The notes beneath the pieces were generated by a model. That model saw only the letters and a list, made by a program, of their open reading frames with translations, had not been told where the DNA came from and searched no databases. A DNA stretch of 64,000 nt, from contig LSRY02000026.1 in assembly GCA_001643675.2 (NCBI GenBank), forward strand, positions 248,001-312,000, in the 5' to 3' direction. A program made the position numbers and the translations under genes. The DNA is from Monocercomonoides exilis PA203. Taxonomy: Eukaryota; Protista; Preaxostyla. Numbering within the stretch: the first letter of the stretch is position 1; each line of letters opens with the position of its first letter. This document shows positions 1 to 11,339 of this stretch, piece after piece.

Positions 1-947
1 TTCTTTATTCCTTCGATTTTCAAATATTTCTTTTCTGATTTTCTAATCGTCCTTTCCGGAAGTCATTTCTCCATCAAATGCAGCGATATCTTGCTCTTCT
101 GAAAAATGTGAGATTTATGTATTCTGCTCAAATTCCATCTTTCTCATTGAAAAATGTCCTTTTTTTCGCCAGAAAATATCTTCTCCAATTCCCTTCCCAA
201 TCCTTTCATCCTGCGCACTTTTCGTATGAATTTGCTGGCTCAACTCCATAGTCACCCTGCACAACGAGATATCCCGCCTTCATTCATTTTCATTCATTTC
301 TGCCTCCTGCCCTGAAAGAAAGAATAAAAACGGTCAATAAAAAATAATCATATATAGAAATAATAAATAAATACCAAACTTCCTTCTCTGCCTTTTATTA
401 GCAATTATTCTTTGGCATATCAATCATATAAATATTTTCATTAAAAACAAAAGAAAGAACATCTATTGATTGTCTATGAAATAGATTTGTTTAAAAAACA
501 TGTGTTTTCCTCATATGATAACAAATAACAAACCTCGATGCAACGTCAATGTGAGAAAAATTGTTGAAAGAACATTTTGAAATAAAGTTATGGAATTTTT
601 TCTCATTGAAAAAAGTTCTAAACACACTTTTTTTTTAATCATTTTTAATGAATATTGTTGTTTTAATAATTATGAGGCGTATGAACACTAATAGAATATA
701 AGCATTTTCTCATTCATGAAAGAACAAAAAAGCGAAAATTTTTCATAGATTTTTGATCTGAAAATTTGAGATACATTTTTCGAAAAAGAGGTCACACCTT
801 GGAACCCGTTTTTTTGACATATTTCACACACCGTCATTCTAACAAATCGATTCATGCGAAAAAAATGCCACCCAATGTGTGACCCTCGTGGGATACCTTA
901 AAAATATTTTTTCCTAATGATCATATCCATAATTATTTGGATATGCA
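1..947. repeat. Left arm of a long perfect inverted repeat (runs off the window start)
   Basis: Reverse complement of 6769-7715. Position sum is 7716 at both ends and no mismatch was seen in the segments compared. Confidence 0.95.
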
Positions 948-1772
948 TAAAATTGTCTGACTTTTGTGTTGTGAGACGATTATTCTCCATTTGTTATTTG
1001 CACAACAATTTAACATTCTGACATTATTTTGTGTAATATTTTGTTGTTTAGTCGTTTTTGTTGGATGAAATTATTATATTTGTGATGTTGAAAGTTTTTG
1101 AAATGAATTTCTTTTTCTTTTTTAAGAATCTTCAAATTTAAAAAAAAAAAATTAAAATAAAGAATAAATGATCTTAAGTAGTTTCCCAAAAGTTTATAAA
1201 TTGAATCAAAAATGTTTCATCATTATTGTTCAAATAAAATTATTTCCACATTTAATTTTGAATGAATAAATCGAAAATATATTTAATATCTTCAAGGTTG
1301 TATTTGAGAAAAAAATATTTTAAAATGTAATTAGAAATATTTTAATTAGTCATCCATTCATATATTAACAATTTTGTCCATTTAGTAAAAATAAAAAAAT
1401 CAAAATGTTTTACTAAACTTTTATCTCTGATTAAATTTTTTCTTGAAAAAACATATTTTTTGCTGAAATCAAACAACTCAATATTTATTTTAAAAAAAAA
1501 GAAAAAGAAAATCAGTTTGACATTTAATTTTGTTGATTATCAAATTTTTTGTATTTATTTATTTATTTATTATATTTTTTTTTTTTTGATTTTATGATTT
1601 CATTAATGAGCTTTTTGGATTGCTATGTGTCTTTTGAGAAAATTAAATTGTGAGAAAGAAAAAAAGAATTTCAATAAATAAAAATAAAAATAAAAAAACA
1701 GTGAATGACTTCTGTATTTTTATGATTGTTTCATATTGAAAATTCCATAATAAATTAAATATTTCACAAAAA

Positions 1773-4700
1773 ATGTCTTTTTTGAAACCTCAATCAACAC
1801 TTAATTCCAGATCGAAAATTCTTTGGAAAGAAATTGAACGCATCGGTGGAGATGATGTGGATTCATTGCTTGTCTATCTATTTTACAACTACAGGCAATC
1901 ATCTTCAGTTATTAATGATTTACTAAAGTCATTGAATGGTTTGGTTTTTTATTTTATTGTATTGTGTAGAAAATATTATTTTAACTCTCTGTTGTCATTT
2001 TCTTATTTATTTGCTAATTATTTTTATTTATAAACAGAATATCACATAAAGCTGCTGGAAGACCTGTCTGTGGTGTACAACAACGCTCCATTGCACACTC
2101 AGACAACAATGCTGCAAGCGCTTTCCCGCAACACATCATTATCCGATTTACAGGACTATGGATATGATGTCACAGAAGGAAAATTCAGTTACGCGAAACA
2201 AACTCTGAAGAAAAACCAAGGATTTATTATTCCGCCTCAAAAACCTCATCTTCCGTCTTGCAAAAGTGGTTTGTATTTATTTAATTTTTTTTTTAATGAT
2301 GTTCTCTTTTTTCCTTAGGATTAAATGAACAGGATTGGGAAAAGGGCAACAACTGGATGTTAGCCCATTCCACTGAAGCCTCAACTTCTCTTCAGTCAGC
2401 AAAGAAAAAGCAGCGAGCCGAGCCAGATTACGCAAGATTTATTGACGAAGCAGCGTGGGATGAAGAAATAATCACAGAAAATTCTTCTATAAATAAAAAA
2501 CAATCTTCTTCTTCTTCTTCTTCATCACAACAAAATAAAAAATCAAATGTCGTTTCAGAAAAAAAATCTCCTTCTTCATATTCTTCACCTTCTCAATCTA
2601 TTGATGCTCCAATCAACACTCCAATTATGAGAGAAAGGAGATCAACAAAAAGAAAAACAAATAAATCACATCAAAAACGTCACTCGTCTCCTTCACCCAT
2701 TCCAATTTACAAATTCTTCAAAACAAAGCAATCGTCATCCACTTCCTCATCTTCCTCATCTTCCTCATCTTCCTCATCTTCCTCATCTTCCTCATCTTCC
2801 TCATCTTCCTCATCTTCCTCATCTTCCTCATCTTCCTCATCTTCCTCATCTTCCTCATCTTCCTCATCTTCCTCATCTTCCTCATCTTCCTCTTCTTCCT
2901 CATCTTCCCCATCTTCCCCATCTTCCTCTTCTTCCAAAAAGCAACAAAAAGAAACAACAAACACTTCTTCGTTCAGCAACAATGATGTGTGGGTGAGTGA
3001 TCAATTAGTAGAATATACCACTTCACCCACTCTTATTCCTCCTCAGGCATTCCAAAATCTTCTTTCGTCATTTTCAAAAGAAATTAACACTTCATCTTCT
3101 CAACATAATACACAAACAGATGATAGTGATTTATCGCTTCGTGAGAATTTTGCACAAACCATGTCAAACAGCAACGCAATGGATGTTCTTCCTGCAATTC
3201 AATCTCCTTCCCTTTCTCTATCTTCTTCTCTTTCTTATGATTCTTCAAAAACATTATCAAAACTGTCAAAAGGATTACCGAATTTGGGTAACACATGCTA
3301 TTTAGCTTCTCTTCTTCAATGCTTATCTTCTGTAATGATACAAAAACCATCTTTAATCAGAAAACCATCAACAACAAAGAGCATATCTTCTCGTGTTTTA
3401 AGTGTATGCAATCAACTATCCAAAGATGGAATTGAAGTTCGTTCGTGGATCTCATCGCTAATCAACAAATGGGAAGAATATTGCAACTATGGCAGCAGGC
3501 AGCAACAGAATGTGATAGAAGCATTTGAAAATCTTCATCAACTTCTTCAAATTAATAAGATATTTGAAAAGGATACCTTCAATCCTGTGCTCATTACTCA
3601 TTTCAAATGTCAAAAATGTCAAAAAGTTACTAATCATTTCAATGAAGCCTGCAGTAATGTTATCATTAATTCATCATCTCCTCATAAAGGTCTATCTTCT
3701 ATCTTTTCAACTGAGATATTGAACGGAAAAAATGCTGTCTATTGCAACGATTGCAAAGAGAAATGCTGTGCTGCTCGATGGGAGGAAATGGCTGCATTTC
3801 CAGAGGTGCTAGCCCTCTGTCACGAATGCACTGATTCTGCTAGCTCTGCTCCTTCAAAAACAATACACATCGAAACAGATCGAAATAATCAGCGCTCGTT
3901 TTGCAAAGGTTTTGCAACAGAAAATGTTCAACGTTTCCAAAAGAACAATAAGGAAGTCGTCATTTATCATCTTGTCGGACAAATTTTGTTCAAGCGCCTG
4001 GATCAACAAAATGGGCATTACATTGCAGTTGTGAAAAGGAAGGCAGGAAGAGAGGCACTGTGGAATATTTGCAACGATTCTGATGTACTTGAATTGGACA
4101 AAGAAAACTGGACAAAGGCATGGAAGGATCTTTATGCTCAAGGTTTCACTCCTTCACTCTCATTCTATATCAAAGAAAAAACCAAACCAACTTTTTCAAC
4201 AATTCAATTCGGTGGTTCCTCTTCTTCATCTTCTTCAAAAACATCTTATAATAACACTTTAAATAACATATCATCATCATCATCATCGTCATCGTCATCT
4301 TCAATAACAACATTAACTTCAACAACAACATCATCATCGTCTCCATTCATCACTCCACCTCATCGTTCAACTTCCATTCCACAACTATCATCATCAAAGA
4401 CTACAAACGATGGATTGGAAGTACTTAAAGAAAAACGAAAGAAAACGGGCATCTTTTCTCCCAACGAAAAGCGATTAATCTTCAAGCCCAAAACGAAACT
4501 GTGGAGTGAGTTTACAGAAGAAACAAACATCAAAGTTTCTCTGTCACATTTCTACAAACTCACAACCAACTTCTCGAAAGCGAAAAGGCGCACAGATCTC
4601 TGCGGCATGTGCGAAAAACTCAGCTATTTGGAAAACAAATTAAAGTCATCGCAAAACAAAAATGGACTTTCTTCAGCTGAGTTTCACACTTTGAAACTTC

Positions 4701-5710
4701 TTCGACAACACCGACTTGTTGCAGAAATGCAACGAAAACATTATCAATCTTCTGTCGACAATCTGAAAGAGGGAGAAGCAGTCTTCGTCTTCGACTTCAA
4801 AGAGAAATGGAAACTCCCCATCAGAAAGAACCAACTTCAACAGGAATTCTTCAACTATCAACAAGTATCTCAATTCACAATCATCTCTCTCCAAAAAATT
4901 AATTATCAACTTGTTAAACGAACATTCAACTTCTTCTCCGACTGTCTCTCAAATGATCACAGATTTGTTATTGAGTGTCTGGAATCTGTGATCAAAAGAC
5001 ACTTCTTCTCAGACACTCACACTTTTAAGTTCTTCTGCGATTCTGGTCCACACAACCGAAATCGCTTCCTTCTTCACTTCATCCTCTCTAAACAATCCAA
5101 ACTTCTCAAAAAGAAAAATACACAACTAAACTTCTTCGCTGAGCACCATGGAAAAAATATTTGCGATAGTGAATTTGGTGCACTTGTGAACACAATCAAC
5201 AACAGCATATCAACTGAACACATCACCACACTTCATGACTTAATCAACTTCTTCGACAACAATATGAATGTTTCAACATCTGCTTCTTCGACATCACAAC
5301 AAGACATTTTTGAATCATCCTCAACCAATTCTTCTCCATCAACATCAACTGTCAATAACTCTGCGCATGAGAGGTACTTTGAAGAGTACGTACCATCTCA
5401 ACAAATCTCATGGCCATCTCTGTCAGTCCCTCACATGAAGGACTTCTTGTATTTTGAGCGCAAGGGCTCATTTGTCTGTGCTTCAGCTGTTGGATATCTT
5501 CCTCAACGCTCTCTGGTTGCCCTCGAATCTTCGACAATGAAAGAAAAAATTCAACGTTCAAGGAAGTCATTTCACTCTGATATCACATCATCTAACTCTT
5601 CCCTTCTTTCTCAATCTTCTCAAGATCTTCTTTCAAGGAGATTTGAGCTTCTTCTTGACTCTTCTTCTTTTAATGAATCTCAAAATTGTATTAATGGTGT
5701 CCCTTTTTAA
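1773..5710 (+). CDS. Spliced 1262-aa protein: N-terminal transposase segment, poly-Ser, USP (peptidase C19) domain, CxxC..H motif, Sola-like DDD catalytic core. Exons 1773-1938, 2038-2268, 2319-5710
   Basis: GT-AG introns 1939-2037 and 2269-2318 join ORFs 1773, 2070 and 2357 in frame. USP Cys box GLPNLGNTCYLASLLQCL, finger CxxC pairs (CQKC, CNDC), His box GHYIAVV...WNICNDS. Transposase motifs DLCGMC..H, FDFKE, SDCLSND, CDSGPH.RN, FFAEHHGKNICDSEFG. Confidence 0.88.
2742..2892 (+). repeat. (CTTCCTCAT)n 9-mer tandem repeat encoding poly-Ser
   Basis: Directly visible, in frame within the fusion gene. Confidence 0.95.
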
Positions 5711-5716
5711 GAAACT

Positions 5717-5850
5717 AGTTGTTGTGTATGCTTAGCTGGCACTCTATCGGAAGGGTGCTGGACATGACTGTTCGTATTAGATATTGCAGCCTTCGGGCTG
5801 CTTTATCCGGACCTGGATACGACGAACAGCCTCCCAGGTGCACAATAGTT
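5717..5850 (+). ncRNA. Candidate structured RNA element in the 3' region of the fusion gene
   Basis: GC-richer island with nested helices: 5717-5729/5838-5850 (with G-U pairs), GCACTCT/AGGGTGC, CTGTTCGT/ACGAACAG, GCAGCC-TTCG-GGCTGC, TATCC/GGATA. Confidence 0.55.
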
Positions 5851-6768
5851 AGAATCCGATTGTTTTCTTTTGGTTATTGTCCCCAAAAAAGTCCCTATTA
5901 TTTAATTGGTTATTGTACCGAAATTTATGTATATATCGAGATTCATTAATAGAGAGAGTTGTGAGGGAATTCATTGATCTTTGGGTGAGGTTTTTGGAAG
6001 AGAGAGTTGTTGAGAGTGTGAAATGTTGTTTTATCATTGTGTCTGTCTTTTTTCTTTGTTGGATTTGATCTTTTTGAGTCAAAGAGAGAAAAATATCAGA
6101 AAGGGGTGAGTGGATAAAAAACAGGTGGAAAATAGACAAGTTAGTTTTTGAACTTTTTATATAAGTATTCTTTTTTGTTAGGAATTGTCTTTGATACCAT
6201 GAATTTGTTGATATAGTCATGCTTTTTATTGAATCTTTTTTTGTTCAGAATTTTTGGTTATTTGATAATGATGAGTGAGAATTTCGAGAGAATGAAATTG
6301 AAAATGAAAAAGTTTGTGTTAGCTTGAATGAACAAGATGTTAATATTGTTTATTTTGTTTATCGTTTGATGTTGCTAAAAGTTTTTTGAAATTGTTTTTA
6401 TTTGTTTTGTTTTGTTTTTCAAGTGTTTCAGTTTTTATGTTTGTTTGTTGTTGTTTCAAAGAACCAACTCATTTATTTCGAAATATTTTTAACATTGTGC
6501 ACAGCGAACTGGTTTTATTATTTGAAATGTTTTTGTTAACAATAATGAACAACAATAATGTGAAAAAATCAAATCAACTGATTTCATCAAGGATTTGAAA
6601 AAACAATGAAAAAATTAATATTGCAATTAAGAGTGAATAGACAGCTATAAATTCTTATCCATTAAAAATAAACGAAACGAAAAATAATCATCTCATCAAC
6701 GACCAGATTAAATAAAAAAATATATATATATAAAACACAAATATTTCATTGAAAATAAAGAAAATTTT

Positions 6769-7715
6769 TGCATATCCAAATAATTATGGATATGATCATT
6801 AGGAAAAAATATTTTTAAGGTATCCCACGAGGGTCACACATTGGGTGGCATTTTTTTCGCATGAATCGATTTGTTAGAATGACGGTGTGTGAAATATGTC
6901 AAAAAAACGGGTTCCAAGGTGTGACCTCTTTTTCGAAAAATGTATCTCAAATTTTCAGATCAAAAATCTATGAAAAATTTTCGCTTTTTTGTTCTTTCAT
7001 GAATGAGAAAATGCTTATATTCTATTAGTGTTCATACGCCTCATAATTATTAAAACAACAATATTCATTAAAAATGATTAAAAAAAAAGTGTGTTTAGAA
7101 CTTTTTTCAATGAGAAAAAATTCCATAACTTTATTTCAAAATGTTCTTTCAACAATTTTTCTCACATTGACGTTGCATCGAGGTTTGTTATTTGTTATCA
7201 TATGAGGAAAACACATGTTTTTTAAACAAATCTATTTCATAGACAATCAATAGATGTTCTTTCTTTTGTTTTTAATGAAAATATTTATATGATTGATATG
7301 CCAAAGAATAATTGCTAATAAAAGGCAGAGAAGGAAGTTTGGTATTTATTTATTATTTCTATATATGATTATTTTTTATTGACCGTTTTTATTCTTTCTT
7401 TCAGGGCAGGAGGCAGAAATGAATGAAAATGAATGAAGGCGGGATATCTCGTTGTGCAGGGTGACTATGGAGTTGAGCCAGCAAATTCATACGAAAAGTG
7501 CGCAGGATGAAAGGATTGGGAAGGGAATTGGAGAAGATATTTTCTGGCGAAAAAAAGGACATTTTTCAATGAGAAAGATGGAATTTGAGCAGAATACATA
7601 AATCTCACATTTTTCAGAAGAGCAAGATATCGCTGCATTTGATGGAGAAATGACTTCCGGAAAGGACGATTAGAAAATCAGAAAAGAAATATTTGAAAAT
7701 CGAAGGAATAAAGAA
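6769..7715. repeat. Right arm of the long inverted repeat (may extend beyond 7715)
   Basis: Reverse complement of 1-947, e.g. 6769 TGCATATCCAAATAATTATGG pairs with CCATAATTATTTGGATATGCA ending at 947. Confidence 0.95.
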
Positions 7716-8620
7716 TTTTTATTGGAGGGAAACAGTGTGCAATGGAATATAAAACAGAAAATTCCATATAAAAATGTTTAGAAGGTTTGTTGAATATTTT
7801 TTGAAGTGATTATTATTTTTTCATTCAGGATGTTGAAAAAGCGAAGGATTATATGGCTTTGAAGAAGAAGAAGAAAAGCAAGGAAGAAAAATACAGATAG
7901 ATGAAATGCGAGATATTTCGAAGATTCCTGACACTGGGCTTTGGCGAAGAATAGTTTTTGAGGAAAGATGATTTTTTGTGAAAGAAGGGGAATTGAAAGC
8001 TTGAAAGATGAAATCAAAAAGAGGAAAAAAGGAATTGTCACATGTTTATTATTTGCATCAGCGAGAGAAAGAAGATAAAGAAGAATTAATGATGAATTTG
8101 GTGAACAGTGTTACAAGAAGAACAAAAAAAATGGAAGAAGAAAAAAAGAATTATCATTTCATTGAATTTCTCCATTAATTATAATTTGCATTAATCTTCA
8201 AAATTTTCGATCTTCAAAAACCTCATAATTACACTTCTCCTTTTTCAACAGACGAGGCAAAACCACATCACATGCCTTCTCCTTCTTCTTTATCATCTTC
8301 CTCTTCCTCCTCTTTAAAAGCAAACACTGTCACAAGAACAAACACACCATCGGAGGCACTGAGCGTGATGAAGTCGAAACCGGAGATGAGCTTCGATTCG
8401 ACTTCTCGTTTTTTTCACTGAATGTTTCGTGAGCGGAGCGGTAGTTTGCATGTTTGAGGGCAATGTGGCAGTGGGAAAGCATGGCATCTTACAGAACAAG
8501 CAGCAGTGAGGAGAAATGGCAGGAAAGCAGATGAAAAGAGCGAGAAAGGAGAAGAGAAGAGAAGAGGGAGAGGAGGAAAATTGAGGAAGACGAGAAAATT
8601 ATTAAGAGGACGAAGGAGTA

Positions 8621-10540
8621 ATGAGTGATTCTGAGCAAAAAAAGCAAAGATACGAAGAAAGCGCAAAACAGAAGAGACAGAAAGAAACATCTGATGATCT
8701 GAGCAAGCTGCGGAAGGAAGAATTTGACTGGGGAGAATCGAACTATTTTAGAGAGCAGGCGATCAAAGACGCAATTAAGGATAGGCTTGATGCGATGTTT
8801 GGGAACAAGAAATCGAAAAGAAAGCGGAGAAGAAGAAACGGACACAGAGGGAGTCACGAAAATAAAGAAAGGAATACAAGAAATCAGCAGAATTCTTCTT
8901 CCTCTTCTTCTTCCTCTTCCTCTTCTTCTCCACACAGCAATTCTCACAATCGATCTTCTTATACAGACTCCTTCTTCGAAGTGAGCGAAGATGAAAAAGA
9001 CGAAGAAAACAACGAAGCAAACGACACTACAGATGGCTCAGATTATCCATAACATGCAAGGAAATCAGCAGAACGAGATGTTCGAATGGATATTGGCTCA
9101 TCATGCGTCTTCAGAGCGAATCAAGTGCGACAAGCGCTGATGATGCAGCCAAGTGAGTTTGTAATATACAACTTTGTGGTATGTGCTTCGCAGATTGGAT
9201 ATGGTCCGTATGGAGAGGAAGAGGAAGAGACGGAGAAGAAGGAGATAGAGAGGAGGAAAATGAAGGAAAAACAGAAAAAGGACTGACTTGTCGAACTCCA
9301 AAGGGAGCACAAGGGATGAGAATGCAAAAAAAACAGAGAGCGCCTTTTGTTCACAAAATATACAACAAAAGATGTACGTCAACAACATCATCACTTGCAA
9401 GTTTCTATTAATCTGACACAAATAAAAGCGAAAAATCTTCTTCTTCGTATTCTTATTCTTCATCCAGCCAAGTGATCTATACAGCTTGTTCTCCACACAC
9501 ATATTTCACCACAAATGACTGGGCGCATCTTCTCTCTTCATTCAGCAACCATCCCAAACGATTCTATCACAGCATAAACATTTTGGGAGGAGCTGTTTCT
9601 TCGATAAGGAGAACACATCACCAATTGATGGAAGATGATTCTGAAGTATCTTCATTAAATGAAAGCGTTGAAGAAGAAGAGAACAAAGAATTAGAATCAT
9701 CTCAAAATCCCAAAAAAACATTCACACAAATCTCAAAATCACACTTTTTCTTCTTCTTCTTCTCATTCTCTTTCTTCTCCTCCTTATTATGCAGACCATC
9801 GTCTTCGTCTGATCAACCGACTTGCGTATGTGATGAGTGTGCGGACGCTGCATCTGGTCGAGCAGTTAAACTTGACACGTTTTGTGCACTGGTTAAAAGA
9901 GCTGGTGAGATGTGAACTTGTGAAGAATAATAATGAGCAGGCAGACGTGGAGCAGGAGTAGGAGAAAGCAACATGGCGGAACAGAACGCGTTTTGAAGAA
10001 GGAGATGCAGAGAACAGGTGAAAGAGGAGAAGATGCTGAGTGCAGAAGAAATAGCTGCTTTATTTAGTGATTTTCTTTCTAAAAGAAAATGCAATGGAGA
10101 TACGAATGGGATGAATCAGCTTGGCAACTTGAGTGATAACAATAAACTTGATTCGGCGACTCAATCAGAAAAATTCAGCAACTTTCAGATAGTGCTTGGC
10201 AGGAAAGGCAACTTTGCTCAGCTTCCAGAAACTCATTTTGCCTCTTCTGCTATTCTCAACTGCAACTCCGTATTCATTCACAGGCACAGAATAAACAGCA
10301 ACCTACCCATTCTTCTTCTTCTTCTCTTTCCTCTGCTTTTCTTCTTGGTTTGCTTTCTTCCCATTCTGCATGTCTTCATCCACACAGAAGAAGGGCTGGC
10401 TATCAGATGAAGAGTTCTGTTGAGCCAGAAGCAAAAGGGAAAGATGAACCTTATTTTTTAATAATCACAAGAATTCTGATTCATTTTGTTGAGTGCTCAG
10501 ATCGAAAGGGACAGAAAGAGGAGAAAATGAAGAGGTGAAA
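8621..10540 (+). pseudogene. Decayed low-complexity host gene, product unknown
   Basis: Chain of short same-strand ORFs with coding-like composition broken by stops; no recognisable domain. Confidence 0.3.
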
Positions 10541-11339
10541 TGATGATTTGGAAGATGAAGGAGGTCGAGGAAATGAGGGAGATTGAGGTGAATTGCCATC
10601 AAAGCAGATGAAAGGAGGTTATAAAAGGAAATTAGAAAAGAAATAAACAAAGAACTTGAAAAAGTCAGAAAAGAAAACGAAGAAGAAGAGAGTGAGAGTG
10701 AAAGAGAAGGAAGAAGATGCTGAGAAGGATACGCAAACACGAAAACCTCAGAATCTTTAGAAGGACCATTTGATGACCAAATTTATTCGTCCAAATCTGA
10801 ATAATTTGAAGGAGCGGCTGCTGAAAGAACGGAGCAGCAAAAATTTTGTCTTCTTTTATATCATCTTCCTTCTAATCGTCATCACGGCCAGTTGATTGTG
10901 AGGCAACTGAATGTTGCTATGTCCAAATATCTTGCTCTTTTGCTTCATCTTCTTCGGATGTGGAGAAAGAAGCAGCAGATGAAACATGTTCAAATGCAAC
11001 TTCGATCACTTTCATTACAAAACTTCCTTTGACTGCCACCAATCTTCTTCCTCTTCTTCTTCGTCGTCCTCCTCCTCTTCCTCCTCTTCTGTTTCTTCTT
11101 CTTCATAATCTTCATAATCTTCTTCTTCTTCCTCTTCTTTTTCTTTCTTTTCTTTTTCTTCTCATTCTTCTCTCGCTTCTTCCTCTTCTTTTTCATGCAC
11201 TTAAACATCATATCACATTGCTTTATCATTGTCAGCACATATTTCATTTGATTGGATTTCTTCTATTTTTTTCCTCATCTTTATATGGGATGATTACAGA
11301 AAGAAAGAAGAAGGGTATTTCTGAAGAAAAAAAAACCAG

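Larger units (their letters stand above)
1..7715 (+). mobile_element. Putative autonomous Sola-like DNA transposon encoding a USP-transposase fusion
   Basis: Long inverted repeats flank a single intact gene with a DDD transposase core. Two further related copies occur in the window. True termini and TSD are not resolvable here. Confidence 0.75.

Noticed and set aside
3270-4170. Ordinary host USP gene merely adjacent to a transposase
   Set aside because: Both domains are in one uninterrupted exon, and the same arrangement recurs in the divergent copy at 60503-63573.
5768-5829. Hammerhead ribozyme in the three-way junction
   Set aside because: CTGATGA and GAAA core motifs are absent on both strands.
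5728-5870. U1 snRNA-like start ATGCTTAGCTGG and ATTGCA
   Set aside because: Two mismatches in the splice-site-pairing region, no U1-70K loop and no clear Sm site.
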